NCBI GenBank assembly: GCA_964641355.1
Contig: CAZXND010000002.1
Coordinates: forward strand, 143,112 to 207,111
Reading direction: 5' to 3'
DNA length: 64,000 nucleotides
DNA from: an uncultured Gammaproteobacteria bacterium
GTDB taxonomy: Bacteria; Patescibacteriota; Microgenomatia; Levybacterales; GWA1-39-11
Shown: piece after piece, positions 1 to 8,623 of the stretch
Layout of the letters: the number at the start of each line of letters is the position of its first letter
Position numbering within the stretch: the first letter of the stretch is position 1
Translations under genes and position numbers: made by a program
The notes under the pieces: model-generated
Databases searched by the model: none
The model's input: only the letters and a program-made list of their open reading frames with translations
What the model was told of the DNA's origin: nothing

Positions 1-377
1 ATAAGATTAACTCTTACAGTATCGTCTTCATATCCTTTTCTCTTTCTCGGTTTTGTTGCAAAAGCGATGAATATAGACTCTTTTAAAAATCTCATTGCGT
101 GAATCGTCTTGGGTGGAGAATAAACCATGTCTCCAGGATTTATGATTAGTTTTTTTTCTTTAGACAGCTTTGAGAGACTTTTATAGGTATACTCCATTTT
201 TCCACTTACTAAGTATGAATAATGCGAGTCTTTTTTGTGATAATGATTTGCTCTGATCGAGCCTTTTTTACATGTGATAAACAGTACACTTGTAATCTTC
301 GTTTTTTCATCGATAAGAAGACTCATCTCACCTCTATCGTCAATAAAGAATGGTTTAATTTTTTTTATTACTTTCAT
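1..377 (-). CDS. Cupin-fold NDP-sugar epimerase/ketoisomerase (RmlC/WxcM/FdtA-like); 3' end runs off the window
   Basis: Absent from the ORF track and translated by hand: ATG at 377 after AGGA, giving MKVIKKIKPFFIDDRGEMSL...KGSIRANHYHKKDSHYSYLVSGKM...PGDMVYSPPKTIHAMRF...; DDRG, RxNHYH and PxxxxH cupin motifs; open to position 1. Confidence 0.8.
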   Translation of the reverse strand, partial: MKVIKKIKPFFIDDRGEMSLLIDEKTKITSVLFITCKKGSIRANHYHKKDSHYSYLVSGKMEYTYKSLSKLSKEKKLIINPGDMVYSPPKTIHAMRFLKESIFIAFATKPRKRKGYEDDTVRVNL

Positions 378-1362
378 TTTTTCCTATGTACCATTTTAAA
401 GTTCTAAGAAGACCCTCATCTAGCTTTATTCTAGGTTCAAAGTTGATCAATCTTTTGGCCTTTTTGTTATCACTATTTCTTCTAGGACTTCCGTCGGCCT
501 TTGTTTTGTCGAATTTTACATTTGGTCTGTGATTCAAAAAACCCGATCTCATTGAAATATCAATAATTTTCGTTACCAAGTCTTTAACTGAAATCTCCTC
601 GTCGGTACCTAAATTTATCCCATCTGGCCTTGAAAGTTTTTCTACTGCGTTGATCATTCCCTCGGCCATATCTTCTACGTATAAAAATGCTCTTGTTTGC
701 TTTCCGCTACCCCAAACGATTAAGGGATCTTCCGAGTCAAAAATTCTCTTTATTAGGGCTGGTATAACATGGGAGGTTTCTGGATTAAAATGATCGCGCG
801 GCCCGTAACAATTATATGGTCTGACAATCGCAACTTTCATACCAAATTCCTCAGCATAAAATTTTCCCAAAAGCTCAGCCATACGCTTTGCCCATCCATA
901 CCCGCTATTGGTAGGCTCTGGCTCATCTAAAAATCCTTCAGTTTCGGGAGTTGGAACGGAGCAATTTCTTGGATAGATACATGCAGATGAAACAATCAAA
1001 AATCTTTCAACTTTTGCTTTTCTTGCTGCCTCAATTACTAGAGTTTCTACAAGAAGGTTATCCCTCATCATAGTTGCTTGATGAATCTTATTATATTCAA
1101 TTCCACCTACTCGAGCTGCGAGATTCATAACAACACTCATACCACTACACGCTTTTTCTATAGTCTTAACATCTAAAGCATCTCCTTTAATAAAAGTGTA
1201 TTTACCTTTTACGCTTGAGAGATTGGAAATCTTTCCATTTTGCAAATTATCGAGTACCGTTACTAAAGCTCCCCTGTCTATCAGCTTTTCCACCACATGG
1301 CTCCCAATAAATCCAGCTCCTCCAGTAACAAGTACTTTTTTATTCTTCCAAAAACTTTTCAT
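355..1362 (-). CDS. NAD(P)-dependent NDP-sugar epimerase/reductase, GDP-L-fucose synthase/ColC/GME-like
   Basis: GGAGFIGSH, LAARVGGI, SSACIYP, EPTNSGYGWAK, SHVIPAL, WGSGKQTRAFLYVED; ATG at 1362 preferred over TTG at 1371. Confidence 0.8.
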   Translation of the reverse strand: MKSFWKNKKVLVTGGAGFIGSHVVEKLIDRGALVTVLDNLQNGKISNLSSVKGKYTFIKGDALDVKTIEKACSGMSVVMNLAARVGGIEYNKIHQATMMRDNLLVETLVIEAARKAKVERFLIVSSACIYPRNCSVPTPETEGFLDEPEPTNSGYGWAKRMAELLGKFYAEEFGMKVAIVRPYNCYGPRDHFNPETSHVIPALIKRIFDSEDPLIVWGSGKQTRAFLYVEDMAEGMINAVEKLSRPDGINLGTDEEISVKDLVTKIIDISMRSGFLNHRPNVKFDKTKADGSPRRNSDNKKAKRLINFEPRIKLDEGLLRTLKWYIGKNESNKKN

Positions 1363-1363
1363 A

Positions 1364-2536
1364 CTATGCAAAAACTTTTAAAATTTTTTTTATTTCCCCA
1401 TCTGTTAACTCAGGATTATTTCCAAAATATAAACCTTGATCATGAATTAATCTTGCATTTGAATTAAAATCATTATTTTTTTTAACATATTTTCTATAGA
1501 AAGGTTGGGAAGACATGTCACCTCCAACAATTGGCCTTATCTCTATTAGATCTCTACACTTTTCAACCAATTCATCTCTTATTGCTTTACTTCTACAAAC
1601 TACTGGGAAAGCGAAATTAGAAATAAAATCCATATGACTATATTTTATAGGATAATATAAATCAATTCTTTTGTATATATTTTTTGCTAATTTTAAAAAA
1701 TTTTTGTTTCTTTTTTTCAAAATTTCTCCTATATATTTCATCTGTGTATTTCCAATAAATCCATTTATTTCTGTTGTTCTCAAATTGTACCCTAAGTCAT
1801 AGAATGTGTATCTCGAGTAGAAAGTAGAATTTACATTATGAGCCAATCTAATCATTAACTGTCTTTTTTCTGTTAAATTCCTATCCCATCCATGGGCTCT
1901 AACAAGTTGTAACATAGTTTGAAGATCTTCATCGTCTGTGCACACCGCACCTCCTTCAATAGTCGAAAGATGATGACCAACGTAGAATGAAAATGTTGAA
2001 GCCAAACCAAAATTACCTAATTTATTTTTTTTATAAACGCTGCCTAAAGATTCACAATTATCTTCTATTAGAATTATATTTTTCTTGTTACAAATCTTCT
2101 TAATCTCATCTATATCGTCACAAAATCCTAATAGATTCGTGAGAAACAACACTTTTATAGGATTTTTATTAATTACATTTAATAATTTTTTACTTGAAAT
2201 GTTTAGAGTATCCATTTCAACATCAACAGGTATTACTTTTAATCCCAATTGGATAAGAGGCATTATGTTTGTCGACCAAGTAATCGCAGAAAATCCCACA
2301 GTATCTCCTCTTTTGATTCTGTTTAAGTTTAAAAGAGCCTGAATTATCGCAAGATTCGCAGAACTACCACTATTCATCATTACACAAAACTTTCTTTTTT
2401 GCCATTTAGAAAAATTATTTTCGAATTTTTTGCACTCCACACCGATGCTTAATTGTGAGGATTCTAATATAAATTTCGACAACTGTTTCTTTACCAATTT
2501 TTCTTTATAGAAAGTGGACTTAATAAGTTTTATCAT
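1364..2536 (-). CDS. colD: PLP-dependent NDP-4-keto-6-deoxy-sugar 3-dehydratase (ColD-like, DegT/DnrJ fold)
   Basis: NSGSSANL, WST, NLLG, EDNCESLG, SFYVGHHLSTIEGG (His in place of the Schiff-base Lys), RAHGWDRNL, GYNLR; lacks the Fe-S Cys cluster of RfbH/E1. Confidence 0.75.
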   Translation of the reverse strand: MIKLIKSTFYKEKLVKKQLSKFILESSQLSIGVECKKFENNFSKWQKRKFCVMMNSGSSANLAIIQALLNLNRIKRGDTVGFSAITWSTNIMPLIQLGLKVIPVDVEMDTLNISSKKLLNVINKNPIKVLFLTNLLGFCDDIDEIKKICNKKNIILIEDNCESLGSVYKKNKLGNFGLASTFSFYVGHHLSTIEGGAVCTDDEDLQTMLQLVRAHGWDRNLTEKRQLMIRLAHNVNSTFYSRYTFYDLGYNLRTTEINGFIGNTQMKYIGEILKKRNKNFLKLAKNIYKRIDLYYPIKYSHMDFISNFAFPVVCRSKAIRDELVEKCRDLIEIRPIVGGDMSSQPFYRKYVKKNNDFNSNARLIHDQGLYFGNNPELTDGEIKKILKVFA

Positions 2537-2541
2537 GAAAA

Positions 2542-3483
2542 TTATTCACTAGTATATAAGAATTCAGAATACCAATCAATGGTTTTTTTCAGCCCTTCTT
2601 CTAAATTCACTTTTGGACTCCATCCTAATATTTTTTTTGCCTTTATCGAAGATACATATTGCAGCGGAATTTCTCCGCTTCTTCCATTTTTAATTTTTTT
2701 TACCACAAGCTTCTTACCACTAATTGATATTATTTTCTTTACCAATTTTTCCACGCTAATAATATTTCCACTACCAAAATTAAATATTTGGTTCTCATAA
2801 TTCCTCTTAACATTAAGAGATGCTAATAAAATGTATGCATCTATTGCATCATCGATAAAAAGATAATCTCTCATTATCTTACCTCCCCACATTTTTGGGT
2901 GACTATTTTTAAGAACGTGTTTAATTGTCTTTGGAATAAGTCTTTGAAAATTAAGATCACCCCCGCCATATATATTTACAAATCGAGGAATGAGAATTGG
3001 TATGTCAAAACTTTTTGCATAAGATTGAGCAATCAAATCGGTACATGCTTTAGAAGTTTCATAAGGTCTTGTTGGGAAAGGCATGTAGTCTTCCTTATAG
3101 GGAATTCTATTTTTTCCATAAACGTGGGCTGAAGATGCAATTATTATTTTTTCAAGTTTGTTAACTCTACCACTTTCAAGAATATTTAACGTTCCATTGG
3201 TATTAGTTTTAAATGTCTGAAATGGGTAATCCTGACCACTCTCAACAAGTGCTTCTGAGGCAAGATGAAAACAGATATTAATCTTATTTCTTTTAATAAA
3301 ATTATTAACTAACTCAAAGTTTTGTATATCTGCATTTAAAATTTTTTTACCATCACCGCTTGTTCGAGAAATCCCAAAAACTTCAACTCCGAAGGAAGAT
3401 AAACGACTATTTAATGATTTTCCAATAAATCCACTTATCCCCGTAATTAAAATCCTTTTATTTTTTAAATATTTATTATTCAC
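2542..3483 (-). CDS. NDP-sugar 4,6-dehydratase (CDP-glucose/GDP-mannose 4,6-dehydratase-like extended SDR)
   Basis: GISGFIG, HLAS, PYETSKAC (YxxxK), NIYGGGDLNFQRLIP, RDYLFIDD. Confidence 0.75.
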   Translation of the reverse strand: MNNKYLKNKRILITGISGFIGKSLNSRLSSFGVEVFGISRTSGDGKKILNADIQNFELVNNFIKRNKINICFHLASEALVESGQDYPFQTFKTNTNGTLNILESGRVNKLEKIIIASSAHVYGKNRIPYKEDYMPFPTRPYETSKACTDLIAQSYAKSFDIPILIPRFVNIYGGGDLNFQRLIPKTIKHVLKNSHPKMWGGKIMRDYLFIDDAIDAYILLASLNVKRNYENQIFNFGSGNIISVEKLVKKIISISGKKLVVKKIKNGRSGEIPLQYVSSIKAKKILGWSPKVNLEEGLKKTIDWYSEFLYTSE

Positions 3484-4312
3484 TTCTTTTTAGAAATAGT
3501 CCCAATCCACCAGCAATGACTTCTGAAGATCTAAGAATAATAATTCCAACGGTAATATGTGGCCTTCTAACAAATATTTTCCAGTGTTTAAAATATGATT
3601 TTTTGATAGGAAAGAACTGCTTTGTTGCAATTCCCGGGTATCTTTTCAAATATTTTCTGAATGCCTTACTATAATAAAATTTTTTTCTTACACGTAAGAA
3701 AAAGCTTGTTTTTCCTTCATCATGATAAATTATGCTTTTAACTTTACCAATCTTTCCCATCTTAAGCATTTTATAATGGAAATCAGAGTCCTCAACTCCA
3801 ACAATACTCTTATCATATCCTCCGATTTTTAATGCATCCTTCTTTTTAAAAAATCTACAACATTCATTCATACCATTTTCTAATACGTCATTTACATATC
3901 TTTCTAGCGCAACGCACTTTGTCCAATAACCCTTTCCAATAGAAATTTCAGGTATTGTTAATGCAATAACTTTTTCTTTTTTATACACATTAAAACATTC
4001 TCTTATTACATTCTTTGTTAGATACATGTCTTGGTCAATTGTAAGAATAAATTTACCTCTCGCCTCTTCAATTCCTCTATTTCTTTGAATACTTCTCTCT
4101 GGACCATCAACTATATATTTTGCATATTTCTTAATTATTTTTTTACATTTTTCTCTATTAGCACCACTATAATAAGGACTGTCTACCACTATAATCTCAA
4201 GATTTTTGTATGTCTGCTTTTTTAGAGAAGACAAGCATCTACGAATAGTCCTACCTGAATCGTATGTAGGAATTATCACTGAAATTAAGGGAAACTTATT
4301 TTTTTTTAACAT
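3476..4312 (-). CDS. Glycosyltransferase family 2
   Basis: ISVIIPTY, EIIVVD, RNRG, IDQDM (DxD), GGYD...EDSDF. Confidence 0.85.
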   Translation of the reverse strand: MLKKNKFPLISVIIPTYDSGRTIRRCLSSLKKQTYKNLEIIVVDSPYYSGANREKCKKIIKKYAKYIVDGPERSIQRNRGIEEARGKFILTIDQDMYLTKNVIRECFNVYKKEKVIALTIPEISIGKGYWTKCVALERYVNDVLENGMNECCRFFKKKDALKIGGYDKSIVGVEDSDFHYKMLKMGKIGKVKSIIYHDEGKTSFFLRVRKKFYYSKAFRKYLKRYPGIATKQFFPIKKSYFKHWKIFVRRPHITVGIIILRSSEVIAGGLGLFLKRSE

Positions 4313-5399
4313 TTTCTATCAACTCCAGGCTTTTTTTTGATGCATCTTTCCATGTCAAACTTTTTGCCCATTGGATCCCATTTTTTTGTAATTTTAAATA
4401 CTCTTTTTTATTTTTGAAAACCTTTAAACCGTATTTAGCCATATCAATTGGCGTATTTCTCTTTAAAACAATTCCTGTTTTTTTATCTAATACTGAATCC
4501 TTAAGCCCTGAAGCACCATAAACAATAGAAGGCGTTCCTTGACTTGCAGCCTCTATTACAACAAGCCCCCACCCTTCCCGAATTGAAGCATGAAGTAAAA
4601 GATGTGCTTTCTTCATTAATGCCAACTTTCTCCTCTCAGAGATTTTGCCAAAAAACTTTACCTTAGATTCAATTGAATAGTTACTAATAATTTTTTTTAG
4701 GTAATTAAAATATTTTTCGTCCCCGCTGCCAATAATCCATAAATTTCCCTCCTTAAGCTCTTTTAGTATATAAAAAAAAGATTTAATTACATCTTCGATC
4801 CCTTTCATCCTCACAACCCTACTAACAAATATAAAAGTTGCCACTTTTTCTTTCTTTGGGAGCGATTTTATCGTTTTATTCTGTGCCGGACAATAAATGG
4901 CTGTACAATTTTCTCTTTTAATGCCGAGTTTAATTAAATCCTTAATGGTTGACTCTGCATCTGTCCAAAAAATAGTATTCCTATAAAAAAGAAAGTATAC
5001 TCTTTCACTGATTTTCCCGATTAAATTCAGAGGAAAAGGGTACATATAGTCCCAAATATTACTAGCTACTTCATGAATAAAAGCTATCTTAGGAACTCGG
5101 ACATACAATGGTGTAAAGAATGGTATTCCATGAATCTCATCGATTACCACATCAAATTTTTTTCTGGATAAAAAATAATAAAATGGCGCAAAAAAATAAA
5201 CCAAAAAAGAATTACCCAACCTAACAAAATAGATACCTTTTTTTCTTTCTTTAAACAAAGAACCAGAAAATCTTGATGTAAACCATGTTACATCATGTCC
5301 CTTTTTAATCCAGGCTTTAGCATGCTCTAGAGTTACTATCTCGGCACCCCCAGACTTAGGATTATAAGGATCTCTCCAGTTTAAAATTAGAATATTCAC
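4296..5399 (-). CDS. Glycosyltransferase family 4
   Basis: WRDPYNPKSGGAE, SRVVRMKG, EGWGLVVIEAASQGTP (E-x7-E). Confidence 0.88.
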   Translation of the reverse strand: MNILILNWRDPYNPKSGGAEIVTLEHAKAWIKKGHDVTWFTSRFSGSLFKERKKGIYFVRLGNSFLVYFFAPFYYFLSRKKFDVVIDEIHGIPFFTPLYVRVPKIAFIHEVASNIWDYMYPFPLNLIGKISERVYFLFYRNTIFWTDAESTIKDLIKLGIKRENCTAIYCPAQNKTIKSLPKKEKVATFIFVSRVVRMKGIEDVIKSFFYILKELKEGNLWIIGSGDEKYFNYLKKIISNYSIESKVKFFGKISERRKLALMKKAHLLLHASIREGWGLVVIEAASQGTPSIVYGASGLKDSVLDKKTGIVLKRNTPIDMAKYGLKVFKNKKEYLKLQKNGIQWAKSLTWKDASKKSLELIENVKKK

Positions 5400-6151
5400 T
5401 TTTTCTTTCTTTTTTTATCGTAATATCTTAAAAACTTTAATCTATAAAAAACGGCAGCTGTATCCCAAAGCATCCAAAAAACAATATTCCAAAAATTTTT
5501 GGAATTTATAGTATTCTCGCCTTTAAAATTTAATTTAACGGGAGCTTCAAAAATTCTTACATACCCAAGTTTATGCGCAACTGCCAAGACTTCGATATCG
5601 AATGCAAATCTCTTGACAACTATTTTTGAAAAAACTTTTTTGGCTACTTTATTTTTAAATATTTTAAGTCCAACTTGGGTGTCTTTAACTTTAAATCCAA
5701 AAAGAACATGTGTTAACTTCCGATAACCCCAAGATAAAATCTTTCTAATCAAAGGATAGGTGACTTTTGACTCAGGGTGCAGTTTACTACCGATTACAAT
5801 ATCAGCATCATTCCAATTCATGATATCAATCATTATAGATATTTCCGTAGGATCCAAATCCATTCCCGCGTCAATAAAGCCGATAATATCTCCTTTCGCC
5901 CTTATAATTCCCTGCCTAATAGCAAATCCCTTTCCTTTATTTTTTTTATATCCAAAAACTTTTATCGACTTGTCTTTTAAGGGTTTTATTTTTTCATAAG
6001 TTTTATCAAAAAATCCATCCACAACGACTAATATCTCGTATCTTTTGAACATTGATGATAAAATCTTATTCAAACTTCTTATATCTTTAACAATAGTCTT
6101 TTCTTGTTTATATGCGGGGACGATTAAAGAAAAAAAACTGGCTTTTTCCAT
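5396..6151 (-). CDS. GT2, polyprenol/dolichol-phosphate sugar synthase-like (ALG5/DPM family)
   Basis: VPAYKQE, VVDG, NKGKGFA, FIDAGMD, IGSK, DTQVGLK, FAFDIE. Confidence 0.8.
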   Translation of the reverse strand: MEKASFFSLIVPAYKQEKTIVKDIRSLNKILSSMFKRYEILVVVDGFFDKTYEKIKPLKDKSIKVFGYKKNKGKGFAIRQGIIRAKGDIIGFIDAGMDLDPTEISIMIDIMNWNDADIVIGSKLHPESKVTYPLIRKILSWGYRKLTHVLFGFKVKDTQVGLKIFKNKVAKKVFSKIVVKRFAFDIEVLAVAHKLGYVRIFEAPVKLNFKGENTINSKNFWNIVFWMLWDTAAVFYRLKFLRYYDKKRKKK

Positions 6152-6215
6152 TACATTGCGAGATTATTATTTGAAGATAATAACAAACAAGAAGACCTGA
6201 TGCAATAATTTATAA

Positions 6216-7535
6216 TTAATTCCTCGGATTGTTTACAACCCCTATTGCATTTTTTAACTTTTCAAAATTTAAGAACTCCTTTACATAAAAAATTAATAGT
6301 AAAAATAGGACACAAAGAGAGGAGAAAATTGATACCCCAATAACTTGGTAGAATGAATCGTGCAAATAAAAAATTAATACACATTGGGCTACGGCTCCAA
6401 ATGCCGTTATTAAAAATACAATCGTTTTTTTAAGTGAAAGAAAAAAATTTACAAAAACATTAAGCAGGCTAAACACACCAATAAATAATCCATATAGTCC
6501 TAGGTATGGAGCAACACTTACATACTCCTCCCCTCCTAAAAAGAAATTAATACTAAATAAAGGAAAAATACTAAAAAAAACAATAATGCAAAAAGATGGA
6601 AATGACACCAAAAGCATCGCTAAATAAAAAAGTCTATTAAAATTTTGTCCTAAATTATGTCTTTTTATTAACAAGGGAAACATTACAGAAGTAATAGGAC
6701 CGGTGAGATAAAAAATTGTTTTGCCTACTAAAGATAATCCTCCATATAACCCCGCTTCATATGAATTAAAAAAATGCTTAACCAAAACAACATCAGTAGA
6801 AACAAGAGAATTTAAAGCCAAAATAGAAATTGACGTTGGAAGCGCGTATCTTAAAACATCCCTCATTGGAAACCTAACATTCATTTTTCCTTTATGAGTA
6901 ATTAAAAATCTTAAAGGAAAGAAAGTAAACACAAAAGGAATTAATATTGATAGGAAGATCGCCCACAAAGCCCCAAAGACTTTTAACCCCAAAGTCACGA
7001 GTATTATTCCAAAAAGAACTTTAATTAAACCTCCTAGAGCAGAAGATAGGGATATAAATCTAAATCTTGTCAGACTTTGAAGGAAAGCAAAGTTTACGAT
7101 ACTAATATATCCAAAACTCACAATAAAACCAGTTATTAATATGTACCATTGATTCTCAAGATGTAAAAAGAGTTTCAAAAAAGGAGAAAAGATAACAAAA
7201 AATGTAAATAAAATGGCAAAGATTATTATAGAAAGTAACAAAACTTTTAAATAAAAAGCTTTGGCTTCGCTTAGCTTTTCTTGAGCAAAATAATCCGTAG
7301 CAAACCTCACTATAATGGTCGTTAAAGATTGAGAAGGAATTCCTAATAACACAAAAAGCGATAACAACGAAGCATATATTCCATACTCATGAGCGGAAAA
7401 ATTTCTAACAAGAAATAAATTCAAAAGAAAAGACAAAAAACTTGATGCAAAGAATCCAACAAAAATATAAGCACTTCCACTAATTAACTCGTTGTTCAAG
7501 ATCAGTCTTCCATAACTAATAATTTTATGCTTCAT
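6216..7535 (-). CDS. Oligosaccharide flippase (Wzx/MOP superfamily)
   Basis: About 12 hydrophobic segments, LVRNFSAHEYG, DVVLVKHFF...AGLYG, VMFP. Confidence 0.8.
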   Translation of the reverse strand: MKHKIISYGRLILNNELISGSAYIFVGFFASSFLSFLLNLFLVRNFSAHEYGIYASLLSLFVLLGIPSQSLTTIIVRFATDYFAQEKLSEAKAFYLKVLLLSIIIFAILFTFFVIFSPFLKLFLHLENQWYILITGFIVSFGYISIVNFAFLQSLTRFRFISLSSALGGLIKVLFGIILVTLGLKVFGALWAIFLSILIPFVFTFFPLRFLITHKGKMNVRFPMRDVLRYALPTSISILALNSLVSTDVVLVKHFFNSYEAGLYGGLSLVGKTIFYLTGPITSVMFPLLIKRHNLGQNFNRLFYLAMLLVSFPSFCIIVFFSIFPLFSINFFLGGEEYVSVAPYLGLYGLFIGVFSLLNVFVNFFLSLKKTIVFLITAFGAVAQCVLIFYLHDSFYQVIGVSIFSSLCVLFLLLIFYVKEFLNFEKLKNAIGVVNNPRN

Positions 7536-8583
7536 ATAATGATCTATAAATACTCATCATTTTATCAGCAGTACTAGCCCAAGAAAATTTCTTAGACACC
7601 CTAAATCCCTTTTCAATCAAAGAATTTCTTACATCGTTATTTTTTTCAAGTACTTGAATTGCTTTTTTTAAATCACCAACATCAATCGGATTAACATAGA
7701 ATGCCGCGTTTTGTGTAATTTCAGGAAGAGAACCTTCTTTAGAAGTAATCACGGGGCATCCAGATTGCATAGCCTCAAGAACCGGTAATCCAAAACCTTC
7801 ATAGAATGAAGGCATAATCAAAGCAGTCGCTAAATTGTAGATCAACGATAAATCCTCGTTTGACAAAAAACCTGTGAGGAAACAATTTTTACTAGTAGCC
7901 AGAGCGTCTTTAATTAATACCCTATCTCTATTCCATTTATTGCCTTTATCAAAATCGTTATCAACCAATGACTTTCCAACAAATACACAGTTAACGCCAG
8001 ATAATTTTACAGCCTCTGTGATATTTATTAAATTTTTATTCCAAGTAACATCACCTACATAAACAAAAAACTTTCTAGGAAGATTGTGCCTTTTAATAAA
8101 ATCAAATTTTACTTTGTCGGATATAATCTCTCTTTTAAATATTTTATCAGCTGCCAAATATACAACAGAAACTTTCTCCGGATTTACCCCTATTAAATTA
8201 ACAATGTCCTTTTTAGAACTATCCGAATCAGTTATTATCTTATCCATTTTTAACAATAAATTTTTTTGGAAAAACCATTTAGTTGATCCTGCCAACCCTG
8301 ATGGGAAATGGTCGGGATAAAGAATTGGAATTAGATCATGTACGGTTACAACAGTTTTAGCCTTTTTTTTCAAAGGTAAACTTAAAAAAAACGGCTCAAA
8401 AAATGGAATATGTATAGCATCAGGCTTAATTGTTAATTTACCTCCTTTAAATTCATAAAAGTGATCCTCAGGAAAATTCTCAAGTAAAGAATTAAACAAG
8501 TGACTATAGTAAAAACCACTCCCCCTCACCCCATGTTGGTCAAAACGTTTTTTACTTCTAGATGTATCAAAAACTATTTTCAT
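7525..8583 (-). CDS. Glycosyltransferase family 4 (MtfB/WbkA-like)
   Basis: VTVHDLIP, KNL, PSFYEGFGLPVLEAMQSGCPVI. Confidence 0.88.
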   Translation of the reverse strand: MKIVFDTSRSKKRFDQHGVRGSGFYYSHLFNSLLENFPEDHFYEFKGGKLTIKPDAIHIPFFEPFFLSLPLKKKAKTVVTVHDLIPILYPDHFPSGLAGSTKWFFQKNLLLKMDKIITDSDSSKKDIVNLIGVNPEKVSVVYLAADKIFKREIISDKVKFDFIKRHNLPRKFFVYVGDVTWNKNLINITEAVKLSGVNCVFVGKSLVDNDFDKGNKWNRDRVLIKDALATSKNCFLTGFLSNEDLSLIYNLATALIMPSFYEGFGLPVLEAMQSGCPVITSKEGSLPEITQNAAFYVNPIDVGDLKKAIQVLEKNNDVRNSLIEKGFRVSKKFSWASTADKMMSIYRSLYEA

Positions 8584-8623
8584 ATTAGCTACTTAGAAAA
8601 GATGCCTATAAATCTTATCATAA

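Noticed and set aside
1364-2536. Ordinary DegT/perosamine aminotransferase or CDP-sugar E1 dehydrase (RfbH)
   Set aside because: His replaces the catalytic Lys, arguing against an aminotransferase, and the Fe-S Cys cluster of E1 is absent.
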